Shown here piece after piece: positions 37,180 through 47,381 of a DNA stretch of 64,000 nucleotides. The first letter of the stretch is position 1, and each line of letters starts with the position of its first letter. Under the pieces are notes generated by a model. The model ran no database searches, had not been told where the DNA came from, and saw only the letters and a program-made list of their open reading frames with translations. Source of the stretch: an uncultured Lentisphaeraceae bacterium (GTDB lineage Bacteria > Verrucomicrobiota > Kiritimatiellia > RFP12 > DVOR01); the NCBI GenBank assembly GCA_964478335.1, contig CAYZIC010000001.1, positions 3,638 through 67,637 of the forward strand. Direction: 5' to 3'. The position numbers were made by a program, and so were the translations under genes.

Positions 37180-38412
37180 TTAATGGTGGATAAAGGGGGT
37201 AATGACGCGGGGTAGGACGCCTTTGATCGCGGAGATGCAGACACCATAATTGGTGATTGGGACGTGTGCTTCTTGGGCTTGCTTAATGCGCCAGAGCATG
37301 AGCGGGCGATTGATCATGCAGCCACCGCAATGAACGATGAGGGCATAGTCAGCGAGATTGGCGGGGAAGTCTTTGCCCGATACGATGTCAATCTTGATCT
37401 TTTTTTGGGTGGAGGCTTGGAGCCAGTTGGGGATTTTGACTCGGCCGATATCCTCTTGGGTGGCGTGGTGGGTGCAGGCTTCTGCGATGAGGACTTTGTC
37501 GCCGTCTTTGAGTGCATGCACGGCTTGCACGCCTGCAATCAATTGCTGGAGATCGCCTTTGATGCGCGCCATGAGGACAGAGTAGGTCGTACAAGGCACG
37601 TCCTCTGGGATGGCGGCGAGGGTTTCTTGGACGACTTGTGAATCGCAGACGACGAGGTCGGGTTTGCGATTGAGTGCGGCTAGGGTGGCGGCAATCTGGT
37701 CGACTTTGACAACGATGCTAATGGTATTTTGGTCTAGGGCATCGCGCAAGGTGACGACCTGTGGGACGATGAGTCTACCTTTGGGGGCTTGCGAGTCAAT
37801 CGGGGTCACTTGCAGGACGAGGTCGCCGGGCTTAATGAGGTCGGCGAGGATGGTCGGTGGATTGATAAAGGCTGGTGGCATGATGGCGCTAATCGCGGTC
37901 TTGAGCTGCGTCAAAAAGGCATCACGATTGGCGGGGTCGGTGGCGGCGACTTGCAGCACGGTGCCGAGGGGCTGCAGGGCGTCAAGGAGCGTTTGGGTGG
38001 GGAGCGTTTCGTCGCAGTGGGTGAGAATGGCGATGGCGGGCTTTTGGGTGGTTTTGACGAGGCTCAGCCAGTCTCGCACAGCTGGGCTGTCGGGGTCTGT
38101 GGTGGTTGCAGGGATGACTCCCAAAAGGATGTCTGCTTGGGCAATCGCTTGGGCGGTTTTGGCTTCTCTGGCTTGGCCGAGGGTGGTCTGATCGTGCCAG
38201 CCGCCGGTATCAAGGAGGAGGATGGGGCCAATTGGAGGCAGCTCCATGGCTTTTTGCACGAGGTCGGTCGTGGTACCAGCAATGGGGGATGCGATGGAGA
38301 CATCTTGCCCGGCAATGAGGTTAAGCAGGGTGGATTTACCTGCGTTGGTCTGACCAACAAGGGCAAAGGTGAGTCTCTGGGCATTCAGCACGTGCATCGG
38401 GTTATCCTCCAA
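37180..38412 (-). CDS. hydF: [FeFe]-hydrogenase maturation GTPase HydF
   Basis: An N-terminal GTPase is present (GQTNAGKSTLLNLIAGQDVSIASPIAGTTTDLVQKAMEL, DTGG). The C-terminal cluster motif CTHH...HCGGC matches the CxH...HCxxC pattern. Confidence 0.75.
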   Translation of the reverse strand: MEDNPMHVLNAQRLTFALVGQTNAGKSTLLNLIAGQDVSIASPIAGTTTDLVQKAMELPPIGPILLLDTGGWHDQTTLGQAREAKTAQAIAQADILLGVIPATTTDPDSPAVRDWLSLVKTTQKPAIAILTHCDETLPTQTLLDALQPLGTVLQVAATDPANRDAFLTQLKTAISAIMPPAFINPPTILADLIKPGDLVLQVTPIDSQAPKGRLIVPQVVTLRDALDQNTISIVVKVDQIAATLAALNRKPDLVVCDSQVVQETLAAIPEDVPCTTYSVLMARIKGDLQQLIAGVQAVHALKDGDKVLIAEACTHHATQEDIGRVKIPNWLQASTQKKIKIDIVSGKDFPANLADYALIVHCGGCMINRPLMLWRIKQAQEAHVPITNYGVCISAIKGVLPRVITPFIHH

Positions 38413-39685
38413 TTAATTGTGGAAAGCACATCAATATGGCTACGCCTAGTAGCAGTAGGGCAATATAGGGCATCGACCCGCGAAAGATCGTTGGTAGCGG
38501 GATGGTTTTAGCCATGCCACCGACGACATAGACGTTGACCCCGACGGGTGGGGAGATGACACCAATCTGCGTGACCAGCACAATGATAATCCCAAACCAA
38601 ACGGGATCAAATCCCATGGCCTTAATCACAGGCAAAAAGATCGAAGTCGTCAAGAGAACAATGGCTAATGCATCCAAAAAGCACCCACTCACCACATAGA
38701 AAGCAACAATCATCGTAAAGATGATAATTTTGGGCAAGGGTAAGCTCGTCAGGGTGTTGGCGAGGATATTGGGGACTTCAGTTACTTGCATGAAGTGCCC
38801 AAAGACCGTCGCGCCTGCGACAATCAGCAGGACCATGCACGATGTACGGATCGTTTCATTGCAGGCGACGAGGAGCTTCTTAATCGTGATTCGGCGCATT
38901 GCCACGGCAAAGGCAATCGATCCAAAAGCGCCCACTGCGGCAGCTTCTGTAGGAGTAAACCAGCCTGCAAAGAGTCCGCCCATCACCAGAGCAAAGAGAA
39001 GCAAGGTCTCAGTAACGCCAAGGAGCGACTGAAACTTCACCCGCCAAGAGACCTTTTCGCCAAGCGGTGCGAGCTGAGGATTGAGCGTGCAGCGCACAAA
39101 GAGGTAGATCATGAAAATCGCCGTCATCATGATTGAGGGAATAATAGCAGCCATAAAGAGACGATTAATGGAGATCTCGGTCAAAATGCCATAGACAATC
39201 AGCACCACACTCGGTGGGATCAACATCCCCAGCGAACCACCCGCCGCAACAACACCGCTGGCGAGAGCCAAGTCGTAGTTGCGCTTTTTCATCTCAGGCA
39301 ATGCTACAGCGGTCATGGTTGCAGCGGTTGCAGGGCCCGAACCCGAGACCGCGCCAAAGATCGCACAGGCGCCGATGGTGGCAATTGCCAATCCCCCTCG
39401 CACCCGCCCAAACCACGCTTGGACCGCCTCGAAGAGGCGTTTGCTAATGCCCGCATGGTAAACGACCTGTCCCATTAAGACAAAGAATGGAATCACCGTC
39501 AAGCCATAGCTGCTAAAGGTATCATAGATATCGGCCAAGAGCAGCGCACCAGCGGCATGCCAACTCACGACGATCCCAAAGCCGACAAAGCCCACCAGTG
39601 CCATTGCGACACCCACGGGCATACTAATGACCAAGAGGGCCATGAGCGCAACAATGCCCCAAATACCAATCTGCAGAGGATCCAT
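38402..39685 (-). CDS. dctM: TRAP transporter large permease
   Basis: 427 aa with 12+ TM helices and a DctM-family pattern. Confidence 0.8.
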   Translation of the reverse strand: MDPLQIGIWGIVALMALLVISMPVGVAMALVGFVGFGIVVSWHAAGALLLADIYDTFSSYGLTVIPFFVLMGQVVYHAGISKRLFEAVQAWFGRVRGGLAIATIGACAIFGAVSGSGPATAATMTAVALPEMKKRNYDLALASGVVAAGGSLGMLIPPSVVLIVYGILTEISINRLFMAAIIPSIMMTAIFMIYLFVRCTLNPQLAPLGEKVSWRVKFQSLLGVTETLLLFALVMGGLFAGWFTPTEAAAVGAFGSIAFAVAMRRITIKKLLVACNETIRTSCMVLLIVAGATVFGHFMQVTEVPNILANTLTSLPLPKIIIFTMIVAFYVVSGCFLDALAIVLLTTSIFLPVIKAMGFDPVWFGIIIVLVTQIGVISPPVGVNVYVVGGMAKTIPLPTIFRGSMPYIALLLLGVAILMCFPQLIGG

Positions 39686-40203
39686 TACTTACCTCCTCGT
39701 GATGAGAGATGCATAAAGGGTTTCCCCGGGCGCATCAAGTGAAAGATGGTGACAGCGGTCGTCAATGCAAAGGACCATGCAAAGACCCATGGTAGCCAAA
39801 AGAGTGGCACATAGAGCGTCGGTGAGACCTCGTGGGCATGATAAAAGACGATCCCATAGCGAATGGCTTGCACGGTCATGATCATGAAAAATCCCGTCAT
39901 CAGCGTGCGCGAGATGACATCCATGATCTGGCGTCCCAATCGCCGCCTCTTGTGGTAGAAGTATTCGATGGCGACGTGACCTTTGAGTGCTTTGGTCAGA
40001 GGCATGGCACCTGCTATGGTCAAGGCTCCGCCAATCCCAACGAGGTCATAGACGCCGTAGATCCCTTGGCCTTGACTACGCAAGACAATGTCGAGAACAA
40101 TTAAAAGGGAGAGTATGAGGAGCGTTCCGCCGGACAAAATAGCCATCCATCGAATCATTCTCCGTAAGAAACGGATAGCTAGCACTAAGAGAGCGATCTT
40201 CAT
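39685..40203 (-). CDS. dctQ: TRAP transporter small permease
   Basis: 172 aa with 4 TM helices, lying between dctP and dctM with overlapping stop and start codons. Confidence 0.7.
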   Translation of the reverse strand: MKIALLVLAIRFLRRMIRWMAILSGGTLLILSLLIVLDIVLRSQGQGIYGVYDLVGIGGALTIAGAMPLTKALKGHVAIEYFYHKRRRLGRQIMDVISRTLMTGFFMIMTVQAIRYGIVFYHAHEVSPTLYVPLFWLPWVFAWSFALTTAVTIFHLMRPGKPFMHLSSRGGK

Positions 40204-41237
40204 TTTACCTCCTCCTGTGTGTGTTGAATTGCACGGCGCAGTGCCTCTAAGAAGTCTTGCGCATGGGGATCTTTTTGCGAGGCGCGCTGCACATAGTCCT
40301 CAAAAACAGGCGCGATGCGTGCTTGCCATTTGGCCTCTTCTTCTTGCGTCAAGGTGTGATAGGTGGCCTGCTTGGCATCCATAAAGGCAAAGCCCGCTTT
40401 GTCGGCGGCGTTCCACCCCTGGCCATGCAAATCGATGTAGCGATTGCTGACCGCAGTGATGGCTTCTTGGATATCTTGTGGGAGAGCCTCCCAGCGGGCA
40501 CGATTCATCGCGACAAACATTGTGGTCGTATAGCCTAGAGCAGGTGTCTGGAGGACGTGGTCGACACATTCGCCCTGGCGCCAGCCTTTGAGGGTTTCGA
40601 CGGGGCAGAGGGTGGCATCAACGACGCCTTTGGAGAGGGCATCGTAGGTTTCTGGCTGACTCATGCCAATGGCCTGACCGCCGAGAGCCTTGACGACGCG
40701 AGCCATGAGGCCAGTGGCACGGATCTTTTGCGTGTCAAAGGTGGAGAGATTTTCTACCGAAGCCACAGAGGCCAAGACGCCTGGTCCATGAGCATGGACA
40801 TACAATAGGTGCACATCATCGAGCTCTTTTGGGGAAAAGCGCCGAATCATCTGATTGGTGACACGCGAGGCATGGAGCCCATCACGATAACCAACGGGCA
40901 AATCCAATGCCTCCAAGAGCGGAAATCGACCAGGCGTATAGGCAAAGCAACTCATCCCAATATCAGAGATGCCATCGACGACACCTTGATAGCACTGGCT
41001 GGCTTTGGTGAGCGAGGCTCCGGTAAAGACCAAGATGCGGACGCGGTTTTGCGTGGCAGCCTCGACATCTCGAGCCCATTGCGTGGCAAGCTTGGCATGG
41101 ACGTGTGTCGGCGGGAAAAAGACACTGTAGGTCAGGCGATAGCGCGCTTGATCCTTTTCTTGACGGCAGCCTGCAACGGCCATCAGGAGTAAACTGAGCG
41201 TAAGACCTCTTACCCAATGAGTCAAGAGCTTGATCAT
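40200..41237 (-). CDS. dctP: TRAP transporter substrate-binding protein
   Basis: A signal peptide or lipobox (LLLMAVAGC) and a DctP-family periplasmic binding fold pattern are present. Confidence 0.75.
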   Translation of the reverse strand: MIKLLTHWVRGLTLSLLLMAVAGCRQEKDQARYRLTYSVFFPPTHVHAKLATQWARDVEAATQNRVRILVFTGASLTKASQCYQGVVDGISDIGMSCFAYTPGRFPLLEALDLPVGYRDGLHASRVTNQMIRRFSPKELDDVHLLYVHAHGPGVLASVASVENLSTFDTQKIRATGLMARVVKALGGQAIGMSQPETYDALSKGVVDATLCPVETLKGWRQGECVDHVLQTPALGYTTTMFVAMNRARWEALPQDIQEAITAVSNRYIDLHGQGWNAADKAGFAFMDAKQATYHTLTQEEEAKWQARIAPVFEDYVQRASQKDPHAQDFLEALRRAIQHTQEEVK

Positions 41238-41238
41238 A

Positions 41239-42006
41239 TTAAGCGTCCTTATCGAATGTTAAACGAGCATGATGCACAGCAATCGAATAGGCTGTGACGA
41301 CATTGAGGGAATTTTTACGACCAAAGAGTGGAATCTTGACGCAGTGATCACACGCCGCAACCACATCGGGATCGAGACCGAAGCGTTCACTCCCCAAAAA
41401 GAGTGCGCATGGCCACGGCCAGTCAAAAGTCTCCAGTGGCGAAGCATGGCTAGCCGTCTCAAGTGCCACGCAGGTAAAGCCCTCGGCCTTGAGTGCCTCA
41501 ACGGCATCAAGTGTGCGTTGAAACCGCCTATAGGGAACCCAAGCCTCCGTACCCAGCGCTGCGGCTTTGGCGCGGCCATCGTCAGGATCTGGAGAATAGC
41601 CCGTCAGAATGACCTCTTGGATGGCAAAGCATTCTGACACACGAAAGAGCGTCCCCACATTGATTGCCGAGCGGAAGTTGTCCGCAACGACGACCAGGGG
41701 CATTCTTTTAGCGGCGGGATCAGTCAGGGCGGGCTGGTCGGTTGAGAAGATCTCAATATCGGTGATTTTGGTGCGCGCGAGTTGGCGTTCGACAGGGATT
41801 AAGAGATCCCACAACTGCTTGCGCGTCATCTCTGGCGAGACAATGCGCACGAGGGCCGCGAGGTGAGGAGTCTCCTGGCAACGAGTCTCTAAGAACGTCT
41901 TGAGCATCTCAATGCGCGAGGCTCGGAACCGCGGCTTCTCCCAATTCTGCTCAAGGGCGGTGAGTAATTTATGGGCATCGCGCCAAGGTTTCTCAACATC
42001 CATCAT
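41239..42006 (-). CDS. SpoU/TrmH-family RNA 2'-O-methyltransferase
   Basis: The C-terminal SPOUT motifs LFLGSERFGL and VKIPLFG...SLNV are present. Confidence 0.7.
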   Translation of the reverse strand: MMDVEKPWRDAHKLLTALEQNWEKPRFRASRIEMLKTFLETRCQETPHLAALVRIVSPEMTRKQLWDLLIPVERQLARTKITDIEIFSTDQPALTDPAAKRMPLVVVADNFRSAINVGTLFRVSECFAIQEVILTGYSPDPDDGRAKAAALGTEAWVPYRRFQRTLDAVEALKAEGFTCVALETASHASPLETFDWPWPCALFLGSERFGLDPDVVAACDHCVKIPLFGRKNSLNVVTAYSIAVHHARLTFDKDA

Positions 42007-42013
42007 CTCATCC

Positions 42014-42256
42014 TTACATTTTGGCGATCCAGCGGCCTAATTTGCGACTCAGAGATTCTCGCGATTCTTTTGCGGAGATCGCTTTTGCACGAGCGCGCAT
42101 TTTCCAAAGAGTCCAGCCAGTTAATACTAAGGGGATTGCCGCAAACTTCATGATTCTAGCCGCAAGATGCGGTGAGGCAGCCATCAGCACAAAGATGCCA
42201 ATGACTGCCAAGAAAAAGAGCGTTTCGAAGCTTTTGCGGTTCACCGATTGGTCCAA
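42014..42256 (-). CDS. small membrane protein, hypothetical
   Basis: 80 aa with two TM helices. It lies in the gap between metG and the trmH-like gene. Confidence 0.35.
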   Translation of the reverse strand: MDQSVNRKSFETLFFLAVIGIFVLMAASPHLAARIMKFAAIPLVLTGWTLWKMRARAKAISAKESRESLSRKLGRWIAKM

Positions 42257-44317
42257 TTAGTGTAAGCGAGCACCTGGCTTTGCACCAGCATCAGGGCTGA
42301 TAGTAAAGAGCGCGCCATCGTCATTGCTTGCGGCCAAGATCATACCTTCGCTGATGCCAAAGCGCATCTTGCGAGGGGCGAGATTGGCGACCATCACGAC
42401 CGACTTACCAACGAGGTCCTCTGGAGCGTAGGCTTTGCGAATGCCCGCAAAGACCTGACGGGGTTTTTCCTCTGCGATGTCAATCAAGACGCGCAGGAGC
42501 TTGTCCGACCCATCGACCACCTCAGCAGAGACGACCTTGCCGACGCGCAAATCGAGCTTGGCAAAGGTGTCAATGTCAATGGTCTCAGCAATGGGCTCAG
42601 GGAATGGCAATGGTGCACTGGCCTTTTTGGCGGGCTTAGCCTTTTTGGAAGTTGCCGCGATAGGCTGCGTGGTTGCTTGCAAATCTTGCTTGCTGGCATC
42701 GACCACGGCCTGTACGGACTTGGGATCAAGACGGGTAGCGAGATAAGCATAGGGGCCAATGGTACAGTTTTCGCGAACCATTTGCGTCGAGCTCCAGACA
42801 AAGGGCTCTTCACCAAACATGGCTTCGACCTTGTCGGTATAGCTGGGCAAGATAGGCTTGAGGCAGATTGCGAAGTAGCGAAAGATATTCAACGTCGTCG
42901 TCAGGATCTGCTGGGTGGCAGCGGGATCGGTTTTGATCAAGACCCACGGAGCCTTGGCATCGAAGTAGCGGTTTGCCTCATCGGCCATTTCACGCATGGC
43001 GACCATCACGCGGCAGAAATCACGATTTTTGTACGCGGCGGCGATGGCATCCTGGCGCGTAAGCAGCGTTTGGAAGAGTGCCCTACCCTCGTCATCCATC
43101 TGTGCGAGCAGACCATTAAAGTGCTTGTGTAGCATTTGTGCGCCACGCGAGGCCAAGTTGGTAATCTTACCAACCAAGTCAGAATTGACACGATCAACAA
43201 AGTCCCCCAAATTGAGGTCAAGGTCGTCGGTGGTGCCATTGAGCTTGCACGCATAGTAGAATCGCAACGCCTGAGCAGGCAAGTGATTCAGGTAAGTACG
43301 AGCACTGATAAAGGTGCCCTTAGACTTGGACATTTTCTCGCCATTGACAGTCAAGAAGCCATGGACAAAGACCTCATTAGGCGTGCGGAAGCCCGATTCC
43401 TCGAGGACCGTCGGCCAAAAGAGGCAGTGGAAGCGCACAATATCTTTGCCAATAAAGTGATAGATCTCAGCGTCTGGATTTTGCCACCACGCCTCAAAGG
43501 ATTCATTATTGACATCGCACCATTGCTTGAGCGTGGCCATGTAGCCTACGGGAGCATCCATCCAGACATAAAAGTACTTGTCGCTGTAGCCAGGGATTTT
43601 AAAGCCAAAATAGGGCGCATCGCGGGAGATATTCCAGCCACGTAGCGGCTCGCCAAACCATTCCATCAGCTTATTGGATACGCTCGCCTCGACATGCTGC
43701 GGGATCCACTTTTGCAAGAAGTCTCGCGACGGCTCCAATTCAAAGAAAAGCTGATCCGAGTCACGCATCACCGGCTTAGCCCCGCAGACCGAGCAATATG
43801 GCTCGACCAATTCAGCCGCACCATAGGTCGCCCCACAGGCATCGCAAGAGTCGCCGTATTGATCCTTGGCACCGCACTTCGGGCAAACGCCCTTTACAAA
43901 GCGATCTGGCAAAAACATCTTGTCGTTTTCGCAATAGAGTTGATTGACAACACGCGTTGAGATGCGGCCCTTGTCTTTGAGCGCAGTGTAGATAGTTTCA
44001 CTCAGGTGGCGATTTTCATCACAATTGGTCGAGCCATAGCGGTCAAAAGTCACCTCAAAGTCTGCAAAGTCCTTGGTATGCTGCGCATAAGAATCGGCCA
44101 ACAGCTCCTCTGGCGTGATGCCCTCTTTGCGAGCACGGATCATAATGGGCGTGCCGTGGGTATCATCTGCGCACATATAGACACAGCGGTTGCCCATCAT
44201 TTTTTGGAAACGCACCCAAAAGTCAGTCTGTAAATACTCAACCAAATGCCCCAAATGCAGTGCCCCATTAGCATACGGTAAAGCCGATGTCACAATCATC
44301 TTTTTATTCATAGTCAA
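42257..44317 (-). CDS. metG: methionyl-tRNA synthetase with C-terminal tRNA-binding domain
   Basis: The HIGH motif (ALPYANGALHLGHL), the KMSKS motif (KMSKSKG) and Zn-knuckle cysteines are present. Confidence 0.9.
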   Translation of the reverse strand: MTMNKKMIVTSALPYANGALHLGHLVEYLQTDFWVRFQKMMGNRCVYMCADDTHGTPIMIRARKEGITPEELLADSYAQHTKDFADFEVTFDRYGSTNCDENRHLSETIYTALKDKGRISTRVVNQLYCENDKMFLPDRFVKGVCPKCGAKDQYGDSCDACGATYGAAELVEPYCSVCGAKPVMRDSDQLFFELEPSRDFLQKWIPQHVEASVSNKLMEWFGEPLRGWNISRDAPYFGFKIPGYSDKYFYVWMDAPVGYMATLKQWCDVNNESFEAWWQNPDAEIYHFIGKDIVRFHCLFWPTVLEESGFRTPNEVFVHGFLTVNGEKMSKSKGTFISARTYLNHLPAQALRFYYACKLNGTTDDLDLNLGDFVDRVNSDLVGKITNLASRGAQMLHKHFNGLLAQMDDEGRALFQTLLTRQDAIAAAYKNRDFCRVMVAMREMADEANRYFDAKAPWVLIKTDPAATQQILTTTLNIFRYFAICLKPILPSYTDKVEAMFGEEPFVWSSTQMVRENCTIGPYAYLATRLDPKSVQAVVDASKQDLQATTQPIAATSKKAKPAKKASAPLPFPEPIAETIDIDTFAKLDLRVGKVVSAEVVDGSDKLLRVLIDIAEEKPRQVFAGIRKAYAPEDLVGKSVVMVANLAPRKMRFGISEGMILAASNDDGALFTISPDAGAKPGARLH

Positions 44318-44323
44318 TCTCCT

Positions 44324-45574
44324 CTATTTCACTTCTTGTAAATCAATCAGTTGACCGCGGTTAAGGCGGCTTTTTTCTGCAGCAAAGGCAATCACATGGC
44401 TCGCCAGCGATAGCTTAAAGATTGCGATAAAGTCCTCAGTGGTGCCCGTTTGCAATTGCTTGACAAAGTAGCGCATCAATCCGAAGTCACCGCCACCATG
44501 GCCAGAGGCCATCGCCGACCCGGCCTCTAAGACAGCATCCCAGACCGTGACCGTGCGCGTCGTAAAGTCAGAGATTGTGATTTTGCGGCCATCGCCGACA
44601 ATCTCACCGTGCGTACCAAAAATCTTAGTCTGACGCCCACCACAATACGTATACGCCTGCATGCTATGCGAAACGGTTACGCCTGAGCCAAAGGCCAAGT
44701 TCACAATTTGATTGTCTACCGCGTCATTGTCACAGGCATAGACACAGCGCCCATAGGGACCATCTTGCAAACGCACCATCATCGCTTCATCGCTCTTATC
44801 GGCAAAGGGATACCGGTAGTCCGTACTCTCCAAATAGATCTTGCGCGCAGAATAGGGACATGCTCGCTCAATCGCCGCAGGGCAATCCAAGCAACGATTC
44901 GCAGCGCCAGCGGGTTGATTCTCGGCCTTAAAATGCATCAGCGAGCCAAAGCTCGAAACCGCTACGCAGGGTTCGCCAAGCCACCAGGCAAACTGATCAA
45001 AGTCATGACAGCACTTTTGCACAATCATCGGCGTCGAGCGCTCAGTGTTGCCCCAGTTGCCACGGCAAAATGAATGCGCCGCATGGCGATAGGCCACAGG
45101 TTCAAAATGGTTGATGCTCACCACATCGCCAATCACCTTGGCATCAAGCAAAGCTTTAATCTTGGAGAAGTAAACCGTATAGCGTAGCACATGACCCACC
45201 AAGACCAATTTACCCGTCTGCTCCACCTTAGCCTCAATATCCTTGCACTCAGCCCAAGAGCGCGCCATAGGCTTTTCGAGCAAGAGGTGATAGCCCGCAT
45301 CCAAACAAGCCAACGCAGGCTCATGGTGTAGCGCATCCGGCATACAGATTGCCATCACATCACAGTCAGGGCGAGCATCGACAGCGTCTTTCCAGTCCAA
45401 CCAAACAGCATCTGCGGGCAGGTTGTATTCTTTGACAAACCATTCACGGCTCACCTGATTAGGCTCAGCAACGCCAACTATTTGAACCTCTTGAGGACTG
45501 GCCTTGGCATAGGCTGCATAGGTACGACCACGATCACCCGCACCCAAAACGACAATTCTTATCGGTAAATTCAT
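44324..45574 (-). CDS. Gfo/Idh/MocA-family NAD(P)-dependent oxidoreductase
   Basis: An N-terminal Rossmann motif IRIVVLGAGDRG is present. The start is set at the internal ATG (MNLPIR); the longer upstream ORF has no RBS. Confidence 0.7.
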   Translation of the reverse strand: MNLPIRIVVLGAGDRGRTYAAYAKASPQEVQIVGVAEPNQVSREWFVKEYNLPADAVWLDWKDAVDARPDCDVMAICMPDALHHEPALACLDAGYHLLLEKPMARSWAECKDIEAKVEQTGKLVLVGHVLRYTVYFSKIKALLDAKVIGDVVSINHFEPVAYRHAAHSFCRGNWGNTERSTPMIVQKCCHDFDQFAWWLGEPCVAVSSFGSLMHFKAENQPAGAANRCLDCPAAIERACPYSARKIYLESTDYRYPFADKSDEAMMVRLQDGPYGRCVYACDNDAVDNQIVNLAFGSGVTVSHSMQAYTYCGGRQTKIFGTHGEIVGDGRKITISDFTTRTVTVWDAVLEAGSAMASGHGGGDFGLMRYFVKQLQTGTTEDFIAIFKLSLASHVIAFAAEKSRLNRGQLIDLQEVK

Positions 45575-45914
45575 TATTGATAGACCTTTGCTAAAACAAC
45601 AAAACTTCATAAATATACCATAAATCATCCCGTAAATCAAGCATAATCCGGAGGGAAAGAGCAGCAGAGGTGCGAATGTTTCTTCTGAAACCTGCAATAA
45701 TAGATGTCGCCCCTCGCCGATGGGTGACGTGGCAAAACATCCTTAGAGGCGTAGACGCCACCTAACGCACGCTTTAGATTCGTGGAGAATGTGCCCCTAA
45801 AAAACAAAAGACCCACGCAATTTGCGTAGGCCCAATAAATATGGTGGGCCAATGGGGGAGATATTCTAACTTTAGGGGCGGTTGCGGGAGATATTATCAG
45901 ATTGTTAGCGGCAT

Positions 45915-45939
45915 AAAAAAGCCACCTTTTGGGGGTGGC
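45915..45939 (-). terminator. rho-independent terminator (minus strand) closing the prophage accessory genes
   Basis: GCCACC(CCCAAAA)GGTGGC is followed by TTTTTT on the minus strand. Confidence 0.4.
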
Positions 45940-46137
45940 TGCGGGGTCAGGATTTTGCGTGGGCTCTGATAGCTGCTGATACCCAGCTGACGCGGTCGGC
46001 TCCTGGCGGGATGCTGGCGAGAGCTGCGGTCTCAACCCTGATGACGCTGGTCTCTGGGCGCGGCTTGTCGCCCCAGCGGCTGCGGGCTCCTAGTTGGCCC
46101 GCTGCGCTTTTTGTCGGCACTTTGCTCATTGGTACTC

Positions 46138-46617
46138 CTAGCAGCCAAAGGGCATGACGCACCAACCGCATGGGCGGTCGCCTCCAACGGGTTCGCAATA
46201 GCTATAGCCGATTTTGGCAAGCTCTGTTTGGATAAAATCGGCGATTGAGTTGGATTGCCATTCGTCGTTGCAAGATTCTTCCTTGCTGTGGTTTTTAATC
46301 TCATAGCCATTGTTATAGATCTCCCACGCAATAACCAGGCCTCTAAGATTAGCGTCACAATCATTCCACGCAAAGGCCTCAAGGCCTTCGGTCAAAAAGC
46401 GCACGCCCTCGTAAGTTAGGCTGATGTCAGCCATTTCGCCATACTCGGCCTTGATGGATTTTTGGATATTTTCAAGCGTCTGCTCGACAAGTGCGAGGTC
46501 GTCGAGGGCAACTTGATTGAGCAACTCGATCAAGGCCTCCTGCTTGTCTTTACGTTTGGAGATCGTATTGATGCGGTGGGCGGGGTCAAAAGTTACTGTA
46601 ATTTTGCGATTTTTCAT
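46138..46617 (-). CDS. hypothetical prophage accessory protein
   Basis: 159 aa, Cys-containing at the C-terminus (CGWCVMPFGC). An RBS AGGAGCACCACC precedes the ATG. Confidence 0.5.
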   Translation of the reverse strand: MKNRKITVTFDPAHRINTISKRKDKQEALIELLNQVALDDLALVEQTLENIQKSIKAEYGEMADISLTYEGVRFLTEGLEAFAWNDCDANLRGLVIAWEIYNNGYEIKNHSKEESCNDEWQSNSIADFIQTELAKIGYSYCEPVGGDRPCGWCVMPFGC

Positions 46618-46643
46618 GGTGGTGCTCCTTTTTGTGGGGGTGC

Positions 46644-47330
46644 TTAGAGTGAGTTTCCAAGGTCGATAAGTTGATCTTGGTTGCCATTACGCCCAAACAT
46701 CGAAACGATATCACGCAATTGGCTATCGTCGGCGAATTGATTTGATGCCAAGACCTCGAGGATGGCAGCGGTTTCATCAGCCGAGAAAACTCGGTCGATG
46801 TATGTGATTTGCAAATTGCCATGTTTGGTAAAGGCTTTGCGGTCGATTGCATTGCGATCCTCAAGGCTCATCGCGTCATATGCCTCTTTGCCTTTTTTGT
46901 GGGCGAGGTAGTCCTCTGTGGAAGCAAAGCCAGAAACGTAGATGTCGCAGAGGGAATAAGTGATGCCCATGTCATCGCCGTGGTCTTGCCATTGCGCTTG
47001 GTCGTATGAGCCTTGGGTTTGAGCAGCGTCAAGCAGTGCATCTGCCTCGGCTTGTGTGAGGCCATCAATGTCGCAAAACGGATTTGTCTCGATCTGCTGC
47101 GGTTGAGGGAGGTCGAGAAGTTCGGCTAGCTCATTGGCTGCGTCGTTTCGTTCGGTTGCCGTCACTGCACGGCCGTGGACGCTTTCAAGATACTCATTGA
47201 TCGCAGATAGCTCATCGAGGTGACCATCTTCACATAGGCGCTCGAATCCCCTGAAGTTGGGGTTGAGGCCATCGCAGTCGCAGTATAGTGGGTAGAGGGT
47301 TGCTTGCTTAAGTGTGTTTTGATTTTTCAT
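46644..47330 (-). CDS. acidic hypothetical protein (candidate DNA-mimic/anti-restriction-like)
   Basis: 228 aa and strongly D/E-rich, with an RBS GGAATACCACT before the ATG. No recognisable catalytic motif. Confidence 0.5.
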   Translation of the reverse strand: MKNQNTLKQATLYPLYCDCDGLNPNFRGFERLCEDGHLDELSAINEYLESVHGRAVTATERNDAANELAELLDLPQPQQIETNPFCDIDGLTQAEADALLDAAQTQGSYDQAQWQDHGDDMGITYSLCDIYVSGFASTEDYLAHKKGKEAYDAMSLEDRNAIDRKAFTKHGNLQITYIDRVFSADETAAILEVLASNQFADDSQLRDIVSMFGRNGNQDQLIDLGNSL

Positions 47331-47381
47331 AGTGGTATTCCTTTGGGTTGTTGCGGGGGCTTTCGCCCCCAGTGAGTGTAG

